Source: Micromonosporaceae bacterium (lineage in GTDB: Bacteria; Actinomycetota; Actinomycetes; Mycobacteriales; Micromonosporaceae). Taken from it: DNA of 64,000 bases. Within the stretch, counting starts at the first letter, position 1; the number at the start of each line of letters is the position of its first letter. The translations under genes and the position numbers were made by a program. This document shows, piece by piece, positions 29,961 to 40,973 of the stretch. The stretch lies in NCBI GenBank assembly GCA_036381835.1, contig DASVCA010000025.1, positions 8,397-72,396 of the forward strand, read 5' to 3'. The notes beneath the pieces were generated by a model that did not search any database, was not told where the DNA came from, and saw nothing but the letters and a program-made list of their open reading frames with translations.

Positions 29961-30787
29961 AGCGTCTCGCGCTGAACGCGGCCGGAGGGCTGGTCGCCCT
30001 GTTCGCGGTCTTCCCGGTCCTCTGGATGATCTCCACGTCGCTCAAGCCCAGTCGGGAGATCTTCTCCCGCACACCGCAGCCGGTGCCGCGTGAGCCGACC
30101 CTGGAGCACTACCGCGGCATCCTCTCCGGCGACCTGATCCCCGGCCTGTCGTTCCTCGACGCCTTCCTCAACAGCGCCTTCGTCGCCGGTGCCACCGTCC
30201 TGGCGAGCGGCCTGGTCGCGTTGCTCGCCGCCACGGCCGTGGCCCGGTTCCGGTTCCGGCTGCGGACATCCTTCCTCATCATGCTGTTGATCGTGCAGAT
30301 GATCCCGCTGGAGGCGCTGGTCATCCCGCTCTTCCTGATGATTCAGCGGCTCGACCTCTACGACACGTCGGCCAGCCTGATCCTGACGTACCTCGGCTTC
30401 TCCCTGCCGTTCGCGGTGTGGATGCTGCGGGGCTTCGTCGCCGCCGTGCCGAAGGAACTGGAGGAGGCGGCCGCGATCGACGGGGCGAGCCGGGGGCAGA
30501 TCTTCTGGCGGGTCCTGTTCCCACTGGTCGCGCCCGGACTCGTGGCCACCAGCATCTACTCGTTCATCGTGGCGTGGAACGAGCTCATCTTCGCGTTGAC
30601 GTTCATCAGCGATCAGACGCGCTACACCCTGCCGGTGGCGATGACCTACTTCTTCGGACGCGACGACACCGCCTGGGGGCCGGTGATGGCGGCTTCGACG
30701 CTGCTCACCCTGCCGGTGATGATCTTCTTCGTTCTGGTGCAGCGGCGGATGGTCGCCGGCCTGGTCGCCGGCTCGGTCAAGGGCTGA
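29957..30787 (+). CDS. carbohydrate ABC transporter permease (MalG-like)
   Basis: GTGA overlap. EAA loop ELEEAAAIDGASRGQIFWRVLFPLVAPG. Confidence 0.85.
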   Translation: MKRLALNAAGGLVALFAVFPVLWMISTSLKPSREIFSRTPQPVPREPTLEHYRGILSGDLIPGLSFLDAFLNSAFVAGATVLASGLVALLAATAVARFRFRLRTSFLIMLLIVQMIPLEALVIPLFLMIQRLDLYDTSASLILTYLGFSLPFAVWMLRGFVAAVPKELEEAAAIDGASRGQIFWRVLFPLVAPGLVATSIYSFIVAWNELIFALTFISDQTRYTLPVAMTYFFGRDDTAWGPVMAASTLLTLPVMIFFVLVQRRMVAGLVAGSVKG

Positions 30788-30812
30788 GGGCCGCCCGAGC
30801 GGGTGCGGCCGG

Positions 30813-31670
30813 TCAGGAGAACACCTCGGCCACGACCAGATCCCTGGTGGAGGTGTCCGGAGCCCGGGACCAGGCACCGTCCCGGGCGGTCCAGCGCAGC
30901 CCGCCGTACTCCACCCGCTTGACACCGTGGTCGGCCGCGTGGGAAACCAGCCAGTGCGCGTACTGCCAGCCGCTCCGTACGTCGGCGACCGGCACGGCCA
31001 CGCCGAGCATCTCCGCCGGCGTGGCCGTGGTGAGCCGGCCCCAGTCCAGGATGAGCTGATCGGCCAGCGCCGTCGCCGCGGCGCTGCCGCGGACCGCCGG
31101 CCTCCTGAGCACCGAACACGTCACCGCACCCTCGGTGCGGCCGGCCAGCGCACCGGCGAGCAGGGCGGCGTCGGCGGCCCACTTCTGGTAGGCCTCCGGG
31201 AAGGCCGAGCGCTGCACCGCCTGTGCCGCGTCGGTCACCCGCATCCGCTCCCAGCCCCGCACCCGCTCCAGCGCCGCGTAGAACCGTTCGGCCGCGTACC
31301 GCGGGTCCATGATCTGCTCGGTGGTGCCCCAACCCTGGCTCGGTCGTTGCTGGAAAAGGCCGAGCGAGTCGCGATCACCGTAGGGCAGATTCTCCAGACC
31401 CGATTCCTGCAAGGCCGTGGCGAGTGCGACCACGATCGCCTGCTCCGGCAGGTGCCGCCGGAGGCCGACCGCGGCGATCGTGGCCGCGTTGGCCATCTGC
31501 TCGCCACTGAGCCGCAGCCTGCGAGTGTCCGCATCGGCGTGATGCGGGCCGCTCGCATACACCGTGCACGTCCTGCCGATCGGTAGGTCGCCGACCCGAC
31601 CGCTGAGGTAGAGCGCGAGGCCGGCGAGCAGCCCGAGCGCCAGCACGGTCGCCACGACTCGACTTCGCAA
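30813..31670 (-). CDS. membrane-anchored hypothetical protein
   Basis: N-terminal TM helix (VVATVLALGLLAGLALYL) followed by a soluble domain containing LQESGLENL...SLGLFQQRPSQGW. The start is TTG 31670 or GTG 31655; the track start would overlap the upstream gene. Confidence 0.55.
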   Translation of the reverse strand: MRSRVVATVLALGLLAGLALYLSGRVGDLPIGRTCTVYASGPHHADADTRRLRLSGEQMANAATIAAVGLRRHLPEQAIVVALATALQESGLENLPYGDRDSLGLFQQRPSQGWGTTEQIMDPRYAAERFYAALERVRGWERMRVTDAAQAVQRSAFPEAYQKWAADAALLAGALAGRTEGAVTCSVLRRPAVRGSAAATALADQLILDWGRLTTATPAEMLGVAVPVADVRSGWQYAHWLVSHAADHGVKRVEYGGLRWTARDGAWSRAPDTSTRDLVVAEVFS

Positions 31671-31716
31671 TTCGTACCCCCGGACGGATCCGCGAACCGT
31701 AGGCGATCGCTGGGCG

Positions 31717-32499
31717 CTATTCCTGGACCCAGGCGGGCTGCCGTTTCTCCCGGAAGGCCAGCGCGCCCTCGCGCCCTTCGTCGGACAGGAAATAGCCGAG
31801 GGACATCTCGGACAGTTGGGCGAGCTCTTCCCGGATCGTCGCGGCCGGGGTCCGGCGCAGCAGGGCCTTGGTGCCGACCAGCGCGTTAGGACCACCGTGC
31901 AGCAGTGCGCGGCAGTAGGCGAGGACGGTCGAGTCCAGCGCGTCCGCGGGCGTCGCGGTGGTGACCAGGCCGATCTGCGCCGCCTGCCGGCCGTCGAAGG
32001 TGTTCCCGGTCAGATAGAACTCGGCGGCGGCGCGCTGGTTGAGCCGGGGTAGCACGGTCGCCGAGATGATGGCCGGGATGACACCGATCCGCACCTCGGT
32101 GAAGGCGAAGGTGGCGTCCTCGGTGCAGACCGCGATGTCGGCGGCGGCGATGAGACCGAGGCCGCCGGCTCGGGCGGGGCCACCGATGCGGGCCACCACC
32201 GGCTTCGGGAACTCCCACACCGCGGCGAGGACGTCGCCGAGCTTCGCGGCCGGCACCGTGCCACGCTCGCGGGCCGCCGCGGTCTCCTTCAGGTCGACGC
32301 CCGAGCAGAAGACCGGCCCGGTGTGGGAGAGCACCACCACGCGGACGCTGTCGTCCTCGGCCACTTCGGCCAGCGCCGCCAACAGTTCGGTCATCAGCGG
32401 CGTGGACAGGGCGTTGCGGTTGTGCGGGCTGTTCAGGGTGAGGGTGGCCACACCCTGGTCGGTCTCGACCCGGACGAGGGGCTCAGCAGCGCCGGTCAT
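31717..32499 (-). CDS. enoyl-CoA hydratase/isomerase family protein
   Basis: Crotonase fold (VATLTLNSPHNRNALS..., FCSGVDL, GGPARAGGLGL). The ATG at 32499 follows GGAGG. Confidence 0.85.
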   Translation of the reverse strand: MTGAAEPLVRVETDQGVATLTLNSPHNRNALSTPLMTELLAALAEVAEDDSVRVVVLSHTGPVFCSGVDLKETAAARERGTVPAAKLGDVLAAVWEFPKPVVARIGGPARAGGLGLIAAADIAVCTEDATFAFTEVRIGVIPAIISATVLPRLNQRAAAEFYLTGNTFDGRQAAQIGLVTTATPADALDSTVLAYCRALLHGGPNALVGTKALLRRTPAATIREELAQLSEMSLGYFLSDEGREGALAFREKRQPAWVQE

Positions 32500-32575
32500 G
32501 CGACGCCTCCGCTCCGCTCGCCGTGCCGTGCCCTCGTCAAGCTGTGCCAGATGCGCATGGAGGCACACTAGCGTC

Positions 32576-33799
32576 ATGCCTGGCGTACTCCCAGAGGGTG
32601 AGCCCGTACCCGCCGACGGATCACTGCCTCCCACCGCGCTGACCGCGGTCGGCCGGCGCGGTTTCGGCGTGTATGTGCACGTGCCCTTCTGCGCCAGCCG
32701 CTGCGGCTACTGCGATTTCAACACCTACACCGCCGACGAGCTTCGGGGCGGGGTCGGCCGCGCGGACTACCTGGACGGCGTGCTTGCGGAACTGCGTCTG
32801 GCCGCCCGGGTGCTGGCCGATGTGCCGCCGCCCCGGGTGGACACCGTCTTCGTCGGCGGTGGGACACCCACCCTGCTGCCCGCCGACGATCTCGCCCGGA
32901 TCCTCGATGTGATCGACGCCACCTGGGGGTTGGCCCGGGACGCGGAGGTCACCACCGAGGCCAACCCCGAGTCGGTCACCCCGGAGTCGCTGCGGGCGCT
33001 CCGGGCGGCCGGATACACCCGGATCTCGCTCGGGATGCAGTCGGTCGCTCCCCGGGTGCTCGCCGTGCTCGACCGCCGGCACACGCCCGGGCGGGCCACC
33101 GCCGCGGCCGCCGAGGCACGGGACGCGGGATTCCAACACGTGAACCTCGATCTGATCTACGGCACGCCCGGGGAGAGCGCCGAGGACTTCGCCGCGTCGC
33201 TGGCGGCGGTGATCGCCGCCGGCGTCGACCACGTGAGCGCGTACGCGCTGATCGTGGAGGAGGGCACCAGGCTGGCCGCCCGGATCCGGCGCGGGGAGCT
33301 GCCGGGCCCGTCGGACGATGTCGCGGCGGAGCGGTACCTGGCCGCCGAGGCCGCGCTGACGGCGGCCGGCTTCTCCTGGTACGAGGTGTCCAACTGGGCG
33401 CGCGAGCCGAGCGCCCGGTGTCGGCACAACCTGCTCTACTGGACCGGCGGCGACTGGTGGGGGATCGGCCCGGGGGCGCACAGCCACGTGGGCGGGGTGC
33501 GGTGGTGGAACGTCAAGCACCCGGCGACGTACGCGGCGCGGCTGGCGACCGGGGTGTCGCCCGGGCAGGCTCGGGAGGTGCTGACCGCCGACGAACGTCA
33601 CGTCGAGGATGTGATGCTGCGGTTGCGGCTGGCCGCCGGGCTGCCGTTGACGGTGCTGGGCGCAGCCGGTCGGGCGGCCGCGGCCCGAGCGGTCGGAGCC
33701 GGGCTGCTCGAGGAGGGGGCGTTTCGGGCGGGACAGGCGGTGCTCACCCTGCGCGGGCGGCTGCTCGCCGACGCGGTGGTCCGCGATCTGCTGCCGTGA
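32576..33799 (+). CDS. hemW: radical SAM family heme chaperone HemW (HemN-like, oxygen-independent coproporphyrinogen oxidase family)
   Basis: VYVHVPFCASRCGYCDFNTY (CxxxCxxC) and the HemN C-terminal domain. ATG at 32576. Confidence 0.88.
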   Translation: MPGVLPEGEPVPADGSLPPTALTAVGRRGFGVYVHVPFCASRCGYCDFNTYTADELRGGVGRADYLDGVLAELRLAARVLADVPPPRVDTVFVGGGTPTLLPADDLARILDVIDATWGLARDAEVTTEANPESVTPESLRALRAAGYTRISLGMQSVAPRVLAVLDRRHTPGRATAAAAEARDAGFQHVNLDLIYGTPGESAEDFAASLAAVIAAGVDHVSAYALIVEEGTRLAARIRRGELPGPSDDVAAERYLAAEAALTAAGFSWYEVSNWAREPSARCRHNLLYWTGGDWWGIGPGAHSHVGGVRWWNVKHPATYAARLATGVSPGQAREVLTADERHVEDVMLRLRLAAGLPLTVLGAAGRAAAARAVGAGLLEEGAFRAGQAVLTLRGRLLADAVVRDLLP

Positions 33800-33820
33800 G
33801 CGGCCGCCTGGCCCGCGGCA

Positions 33821-33849
33821 CGGTGGGGCCGGCGGAGCGGACCCCACCG
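33821..33849. terminator. hairpin between convergent hemW and downstream membrane-protein gene
   Basis: 8-bp stem CGGTGGGG / CCCCACCG with 13-nt loop. Confidence 0.4.
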
Positions 33850-33853
33850 TGGA

Positions 33854-34327
33854 TCACTTCACCAGGCGGACGGTCATCGGGTAGCGGTAGAGCGTCCCCT
33901 CGTTGGCCTTCATGCCGCCGATGATGGCGAACACGACGAGCACGAGCCAGGTGATGAACGGCAGGAAGAACAGCAGTCCGAACGAGCACACCGCGAGGAT
34001 CGACGCGAGCACCGTGGCGACGCCCCAGGTGATCTGGAAGTTGAGGGCTTCCACGGCGTGCGCTCGGACGGTCTGCGACTCGTTGCCCTTGACGAGCATG
34101 GCGATGAGCGGCGCGATGAAGCCGAGGAGGATTCCGCCGAAGTGGGCGAGCAGAGCCCAGGTCTTCTCATCGCTGGTCGCATAGCCGCCGGGGGCGGCGC
34201 CGTAGTACCCGCCCTGCGGCGGCGGTGCGTAGCCGCCCTGGGGTGGCGTGCCGGGCGGCGGGTAGCCGCCCTGGGGCGGGGTGGACGAGCCGGGGGCGTC
34301 CTCGGGGGGGAAGGGAGTTTGTGTCAT
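33854..34327 (-). CDS. DUF4870-like membrane protein with P/G/Y-rich N-terminus
   Basis: N-terminal PPQGGY repeats followed by a membrane domain (WALLAHFGGILLGFIAPLIAMLVKG...). ATG at 34327. Confidence 0.65.
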   Translation of the reverse strand: MTQTPFPPEDAPGSSTPPQGGYPPPGTPPQGGYAPPPQGGYYGAAPGGYATSDEKTWALLAHFGGILLGFIAPLIAMLVKGNESQTVRAHAVEALNFQITWGVATVLASILAVCSFGLLFFLPFITWLVLVVFAIIGGMKANEGTLYRYPMTVRLVK

Positions 34328-34469
34328 GTGGGTCACCGTAGGGGTTGGGATCAAGGGGGCGCTAGCAACCGACCGGGCACGTTCTTCCACCGGTCGTCAT
34401 CCGCGCATAGGACGCCGGGTCCGACCAGGGCATTGTTGATCATGCCTGGTTGGCGTCTTCCGGCGTAGA

Positions 34470-34496
34470 CTGGCACTCGCTACAGTCGAGTGCCAG
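34470..34496 (+). promoter_or_regulatory. CIRCE operator (HrcA binding site)
   Basis: Perfect 9-N9-9 inverted repeat CTGGCACTC-GCTACAGTC-GAGTGCCAG, versus consensus TTAGCACTC-N9-GAGTGCTAA. It lies 36 nt upstream of the hrcA ATG and overlaps a TAGACT -10-like hexamer (34466..34471). Confidence 0.85.
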
Positions 34497-34531
34497 CGCG
34501 TGTGCCTGCTTCGCCGCCAGAGGAGGTGTTC

Positions 34532-35551
34532 ATGGGACTCGATGAACGCAAACTCGAGGTGCTGCGTGCGATCGTCGAGGACTATGTCGCCACCCAGGAA
34601 CCGGTCGGCAGCAAGGCACTCGTCGAACGGCATCAGCTCGGCGTCTCACCGGCCACGGTCCGCAACGACATGGCGGTGCTGGAGGAGGAAGGCTACATCC
34701 GCCAACCGCACACCAGCGCCGGCCGCGTGCCGACCGACCGCGGCTACCGGCTCTTCGTGGACCGCCTGTCCCGGGTCAAGCCGCTGTCGGCGGCCGAACG
34801 TCGGGCCATCGAACGGTTCCTGGCCGGCGCGGTCGACCTCAACGACGTGGTGCACCGTGCGGTGCGGTTGCTCGCGCAGCTCACCCGCCAGGTGGCCGTG
34901 GTGCAGTATCCGAGTCTGAGCCGGTCGTCGGTACGACACCTGGAACTCGTGCCGATCTCCACGACCCGGATCATGCTGGTCATGATCGCCAACACCGGGC
35001 GGGTCGAGCAGCGGGTCGTCGAACTCCCCGGTCCCGTGCCGTACGACGATGTCAGCGACCTGCGCCGGCTGGTGAACGAGAAGCTGGCCGGCAAGCGGCT
35101 GGTGGACACCCCGCCCCTGGTGCAGGATCTCGTGGACGAGGCCGCCCCGCACCTGCACCCGGCCATGTCCGCCCTGGCCACCGTGTTGCTGGAAACCCTC
35201 GTCGAACGCCACGACGAGCGGGTCGCCCTGGCCGGCACCGCGAACCTCGCGCGCACCGCGTACGACTTCAAGGGGTCGCTGCGGCCTATCCTCGAGGCGC
35301 TGGAGGAAGAGGTCGTCCTGCTCAAGCTGGTGGGCGAGGTCACGCCGAGCGCCACCCGGGTGCGGATCGGCGACGAGAACGAGATCGACACACTGCGGAG
35401 TACGTCGGTGGTCAGCACGGGATACGGTCCGGGCAGCACAATGGTGGGCGGAATGGGTGTGCTCGGGCCGACCCGGATGGACTATCCCAGCACAATCGCT
35501 GCGGTGCGGGCGGTGGCGCGGTACGTTGGCGACCTGCTGGCGCAGAACTGA
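34532..35551 (+). CDS. hrcA: heat-inducible transcription repressor HrcA
   Basis: [31 protein letters not shown]...[18 protein letters not shown]. The ATG follows GAGGAGG. Confidence 0.95.
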   Translation: MGLDERKLEVLRAIVEDYVATQEPVGSKALVERHQLGVSPATVRNDMAVLEEEGYIRQPHTSAGRVPTDRGYRLFVDRLSRVKPLSAAERRAIERFLAGAVDLNDVVHRAVRLLAQLTRQVAVVQYPSLSRSSVRHLELVPISTTRIMLVMIANTGRVEQRVVELPGPVPYDDVSDLRRLVNEKLAGKRLVDTPPLVQDLVDEAAPHLHPAMSALATVLLETLVERHDERVALAGTANLARTAYDFKGSLRPILEALEEEVVLLKLVGEVTPSATRVRIGDENEIDTLRSTSVVSTGYGPGSTMVGGMGVLGPTRMDYPSTIAAVRAVARYVGDLLAQN

Positions 35552-35593
35552 CCAGGCTCTGGACCGATCACCGGACAGTAGCGCGAGAAGGAC

Positions 35594-36745
35594 ATGGGGA
35601 CACGGAACACGGTGGCCAGGGACTACTACGCGATTCTCGGCGTGAGCCGCAACGCCTCCGCCGAGGAGATCAAACGCGCCTATCGCAAGCTCGCGCGGCA
35701 GTACCACCCGGATGTCAACTCCGATCCTGAGGCGCAGGAGAAGTTCAAGGAGATCAACGCCGCGTACGAGGTGCTCTCCGACGAGCGCAAGCGGCAGATC
35801 GTCGACCTGGGCGGCGACCCGCTCGCGCCGGGCGGCGGAATGGGCGGTGCCGACGCGGGCGGTGGCGGACCGTTCGTCGGATTCCAGGACATCATGGACG
35901 CGTTCTTCGGCGCCGCCGGCGGCAGTCGCGGCCCCCGCTCGCGAACCCGGCCGGGCTCGGACGCGATCCTGCGGCTGGAACTCGACCTGCACGAGACCGC
36001 TTTCGGGGTCGACGCGCCCATCACGGTGGACACCGCCGTGCTCTGCGACACCTGCGCCGGCGCCGGCACCGCGCCGGGCACCCACCTGGCCACCTGCGAC
36101 GCCTGCGGTGGCCGCGGCGAGGTGCAGACGGTACAGCGGACCTTCCTCGGCCAGGTCGTCTCGTCCCGGCCCTGCGCGGTCTGCCACGGGTACGGAACCA
36201 CCATCCCGCACCCCTGCCCGACCTGCGGCGGCGATGGCCGGGTCCGCACCCGTCGGACTCTGACCGTCAAGATTCCTCCGGGGGTCGAGGACGGGATGCG
36301 GATCCGACTCGCGCAGCAGGGCGAGGTCGGGCCCGGTGGCGGCACCCCGGGTGACCTGTATGTGGAGATCCACGAGCGGCCGCACGACGTCTTCTCCCGG
36401 AAGGGCGACGATCTGCACTGCCGAGTGACCCTGCCGATGACCGCAGCCGCGCTCGGCACCCGACTCACCATCAAGACGCTGGACAGCGAGGAGCAGGTCG
36501 ACGTCAAGCCCGGTACGCAGCCCGGGGCGACGGTGAAACTCCGCGCACGCGGCGTGCCGCACCTGCGCGGCACAGGACGCGGAGACCTCTACATCCACCT
36601 CGATGTGCGTACCCCGACCAAGCTCGACGCCGAGCAGGAGCGGCTGCTGCGCGAGCTGGCCAGGATCCGCGGGGAGGACATCGCCGAGCTGACCAAGCAG
36701 ACCGGCTTCTTCTCCCGGATGCGAGACGCCTTCAACGGCCACTGA
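35594..36745 (+). CDS. dnaJ: molecular chaperone DnaJ
   Basis: J domain (DYYAILGV...YHPD), G-rich linker and four CxxCxGxG zinc-finger repeats. Confidence 0.95.
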   Translation: MGTRNTVARDYYAILGVSRNASAEEIKRAYRKLARQYHPDVNSDPEAQEKFKEINAAYEVLSDERKRQIVDLGGDPLAPGGGMGGADAGGGGPFVGFQDIMDAFFGAAGGSRGPRSRTRPGSDAILRLELDLHETAFGVDAPITVDTAVLCDTCAGAGTAPGTHLATCDACGGRGEVQTVQRTFLGQVVSSRPCAVCHGYGTTIPHPCPTCGGDGRVRTRRTLTVKIPPGVEDGMRIRLAQQGEVGPGGGTPGDLYVEIHERPHDVFSRKGDDLHCRVTLPMTAAALGTRLTIKTLDSEEQVDVKPGTQPGATVKLRARGVPHLRGTGRGDLYIHLDVRTPTKLDAEQERLLRELARIRGEDIAELTKQTGFFSRMRDAFNGH

Positions 36746-36748
36746 CCG

Positions 36749-37483
36749 GTGAGCGATCCGCTGTTCCTGGTCGACGCGCTGCCGGCCGGTGACGTCCTCA
36801 CCCTGACCGGGCGCGAGGGGCACCATGCGGCGGACGTGCAGCGGCTGCGCGTCGGAGAACGGCTGCTGATCGGTGACGGGCGGGGAAATCTGGCCGGTGC
36901 CGAGGTCAGCGCCGTCGGTCGCGGCGAGCTGAACGTCCGGCTCACCGCGAGGCGATACGTGCCGCCCGCCGACCCACGACTCGTGGTCGTGCAGGGCATC
37001 GCCAAGGGGGATCGGGGCGAGCTGGCGGTCCAGGCGATGACCGAGGTCGGGGTCGACGAGATCGTGCCGTGGGCGGCGGCGCGATCCGTTGCCCAGTGGC
37101 GCGGGGAGCGAGGGCAGCGGTCGCGACAGAAGTGGGCGGCGACCGCCAGGGAAGCCGCGAAGCAGGCACGCCGGGCCTGGCTGCCGACGGTCGCCGGCGA
37201 CCCGGACGAGTCCACCGCCGCGGTCGCCCGCCGGCTGGCCGGGGCCGCCGTCGGTCTCGTGCTACACGAGGAGGCCTCGACGCCGCTGTCCACGGTCGGG
37301 CTGCCGCAGCACGGCGACGTGGTGCTCGTGGTCGGACCGGAGGGCGGCATCGCCCCGACCGAACGCACCGCCTTCCGGCAGGCGGGCGCGGTCGAAGTCC
37401 GGCTCGGCGACACGGTACTGCGTACCTCGACCGCGGGAGTCGCGGCGCTGGCCGTCCTGTCCGCCCGACTCGGCCGTTGGTGA
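36749..37483 (+). CDS. rsmE: 16S rRNA (uracil1498-N3)-methyltransferase
   Basis: PUA-like N-terminus and SPOUT C-terminal knot (VLVVGPEGGIAPTE...LGDTVLRTSTA). Confidence 0.88.
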   Translation: MSDPLFLVDALPAGDVLTLTGREGHHAADVQRLRVGERLLIGDGRGNLAGAEVSAVGRGELNVRLTARRYVPPADPRLVVVQGIAKGDRGELAVQAMTEVGVDEIVPWAAARSVAQWRGERGQRSRQKWAATAREAAKQARRAWLPTVAGDPDESTAAVARRLAGAAVGLVLHEEASTPLSTVGLPQHGDVVLVVGPEGGIAPTERTAFRQAGAVEVRLGDTVLRTSTAGVAALAVLSARLGRW

Positions 37484-37524
37484 CGGCGCGCCCTGCGCGT
37501 CTCGATCGACGCGTGCCCCCTAGC

Positions 37525-37884
37525 ATGCACAGGGTGAACAGCGACTGCCTCTTCTGCCGCATCGTGCGTGGCGAGATCCCGGCGACCGTGGTCCACGAGA
37601 CGGAGACGACGCTCGCCTTCCGCGACATCGCCCCCCGGGCGCCCGTGCACGTCCTGGTGATCCCGAAGGAGCATCACGCGGACGTCACCGCCCTGGCCGA
37701 GGCCGACCCGGCGCTCGCGGGGGAGCTGCTGGCCGCTGCTACCGCCGTCGCCGCGGCCGAAGGCCTGTTGCCCGACGGCTTCCGGCTGATCTTCAACACC
37801 GGGCCGAACGCGGGCCAGGAGGTCTTCCACGTGCATCTCCACGTGCTCGGGGGCACCCCGCTCGGCCCGATGCTGGCCCGCTGA
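37525..37884 (+). CDS. HIT (histidine triad) family protein
   Basis: CLFCRIV...AFRDIAPRAPVHVLVIPKEH...FHVHLHVLGG (HxHxHxx). Confidence 0.88.
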   Translation: MHRVNSDCLFCRIVRGEIPATVVHETETTLAFRDIAPRAPVHVLVIPKEHHADVTALAEADPALAGELLAAATAVAAAEGLLPDGFRLIFNTGPNAGQEVFHVHLHVLGGTPLGPMLAR

Positions 37885-37942
37885 TCGCCCGGTGCGAGGC
37901 TCGCCCTACGATTCCCTGCCGGTGTCGTCCGAAGGAGGCAGG

Positions 37943-39307
37943 GTGCGCGAGGTGAGCCGGCGGCTGGAACGGATGGTCCGGCGGGTGCAGGCCGAGGCGC
38001 GGGTGCCCGCGCTGTCCGTCGCCCTCCACCGCGCCGATCGGCCGCTGTGGACGTGCGTCGCCGGACGCACCGGCCTGCCTGCGGGCGCGCACAGCCAGTT
38101 CCGGATCGGCTCGGTGACCAAGACCTTCACCGCAGTGCTGGTGATGCAGTGCCGGGACGACGGCCTGCTCGACCTCGACGATCCGATCGGGCGCCACCTC
38201 GACCTACCGGCCCACGGCGAGCTGACCATCCGACGGTTGCTGTCCCACACGGCCGGGCTGCAGCGCGAGCCGTACGGGGACGTCTGGGACACGCTGCGGG
38301 TGCCGGACGTCGACGGACTGGTCGCGGACCTGATCCGGGCCGAGCGCGTCCTCCCACCGGGCCGCCGATACCACTACTCCAACCTCGGCATGGCCCTGCT
38401 CGGTCTGCTCGTGGCACGCCTGCGCGGCGGCAGTTGGGCGGAGGTGCTGACCGACCGGATCCTGGCTCCGCTCGGGCTCGCCGCCACCAGCGTCACCCCC
38501 GGTCCGGACGCGGCCACCGGGTACCTGGTCGACGCCTACTCCGATCACGCCCGGCCCGAGCCGCCGACGGACTTCGGCGGGGTGGCGCCGGCCGCCCAGC
38601 TGTGGAGCACGGCGGCGGACATGGCTCGGTGGGCGGCGTTCCTGGCCGATCCCCGCGCCGTCGATCCGGACGCCCGACTGCTGCGCCCGGAGACGCTCGA
38701 CGAGATGCGTTGGCCGCGGACCGTCACCGACGAGACCCTCTGGGCGGCGGGGTTCGGCCTCGGCTTGATCCTCGTACCGCAGGGCGACCGGATCATGCAC
38801 GTCGGCCACGACGGTGCCATGCCGGGCTTCCTCGCCGGCGTGTACGGTCGCCGCGGTGCCGGCACGCCCCGCGCGATGGGCTGCGCGGTCCTCGGCTCCT
38901 CCGGTACCGCCACGCCCATCCTGGATCTGCCGCACGAGCTGCTGCGGGCATCGGCCGAGGAGGACCCGGCGGAGATCGCCGAATGGCAGCCGGGCGAGCC
39001 GGCGCCGGAGCCGTACCGGTCGGTGCTCGGACGCTGGTGGGGCGAGGGCTACGAGTACGTCTTCTTCTGGCGCGACGGGGCGCTGCGGGCCCGCGGTGGC
39101 GACGACCCGCCGGGTAAGCCGCCCGCGGTGTTCGAGCCGCTGCCGGACCGGCCCGACGTCCTGCGCACCGTCTCCGGACGGGAGGTCGGCGAACTGCTGC
39201 GGCTCACCCGGGATCCGGCGGGCGTGGTGGTGCGGATGCACTGGGCCACCTACCGGTTCACGCGGGTCCAGGAGACGTTCGACGGCGTTCCCGCCGGCGA
39301 GCCCTGA
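37943..39307 (+). CDS. serine hydrolase (beta-lactamase / PBP4-like family)
   Basis: SxxK motif FRIGSVTKTF and YSN motif (YHYSNLG). The start is ambiguous among the GTGs at 37892, 37943 and 37952, near AAGGAGG. Confidence 0.8.
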   Translation: MREVSRRLERMVRRVQAEARVPALSVALHRADRPLWTCVAGRTGLPAGAHSQFRIGSVTKTFTAVLVMQCRDDGLLDLDDPIGRHLDLPAHGELTIRRLLSHTAGLQREPYGDVWDTLRVPDVDGLVADLIRAERVLPPGRRYHYSNLGMALLGLLVARLRGGSWAEVLTDRILAPLGLAATSVTPGPDAATGYLVDAYSDHARPEPPTDFGGVAPAAQLWSTAADMARWAAFLADPRAVDPDARLLRPETLDEMRWPRTVTDETLWAAGFGLGLILVPQGDRIMHVGHDGAMPGFLAGVYGRRGAGTPRAMGCAVLGSSGTATPILDLPHELLRASAEEDPAEIAEWQPGEPAPEPYRSVLGRWWGEGYEYVFFWRDGALRARGGDDPPGKPPAVFEPLPDRPDVLRTVSGREVGELLRLTRDPAGVVVRMHWATYRFTRVQETFDGVPAGEP

Positions 39308-39451
39308 GCGTGCGGGGGCGGGGCACGCACGGAATTGGACGAGGTGTCCTCCGCGTTTAATCGATACGATGGATGCACCGTCCGTATGCTGCGTCGCGGC
39401 GGCGCGGCACCGAGATCGAGAGCAGGTGGCGCAGGGCGCAACGCCCGACTT

Positions 39452-40489
<1,038 letters not shown>

Positions 40490-40505
40490 CAAACAGGGGA
40501 GACAG

Positions 40506-40973
40506 TTGTCCATAGAGATCGCCAACGAGTCGGGTGTCGGGGTCGACACCGACGCCGTACTGGCCGTGGCCCGGTACACCCTCGACGAGATGGGGGTAAA
40601 CCCCCTCGCCGAACTGTCCGTGCTGTTGGTCGACTCCGACTACATGGCCGAACTCAACCACCGCTGGATGGGTGCCGAAGGGCCGACCGATGTGCTGGCC
40701 TTTCCCATGGATGAGGGCAGCATCGATCACGGACCGGGGGAGCCGAGCGGCGGCGAGCCCGCCCTGCTCGGCGACATCGTGCTCTGCCCGGAGGTCGCCG
40801 CGAAACAGGCGGCCGCCGCGGGGCACTCGACCGCCGACGAACTGCACCTGCTGACCGTGCACGGTGTCCTGCACCTGCTCGGTTACGACCATGCGGAACC
40901 GGAGGAGGAGCGCGAGATGTTCGCGCTCCAGGCCCGGCTGCTGTCCGGTTGGCAGACGATGCGAGCCAAGTGA
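40506..40973 (+). CDS. ybeY: rRNA maturation RNase YbeY
   Basis: [11 protein letters not shown] zinc motif. The TTG at 40506 follows AGGGGAG. Confidence 0.9.
   Translation: MSIEIANESGVGVDTDAVLAVARYTLDEMGVNPLAELSVLLVDSDYMAELNHRWMGAEGPTDVLAFPMDEGSIDHGPGEPSGGEPALLGDIVLCPEVAAKQAAAAGHSTADELHLLTVHGVLHLLGYDHAEPEEEREMFALQARLLSGWQTMRAK

Noticed and set aside
34646-36826. 726-aa minus-strand ORF antisense to hrcA and dnaJ.
   Set aside because: Antisense shadow with no recognisable domains. The plus strand carries hrcA and dnaJ.
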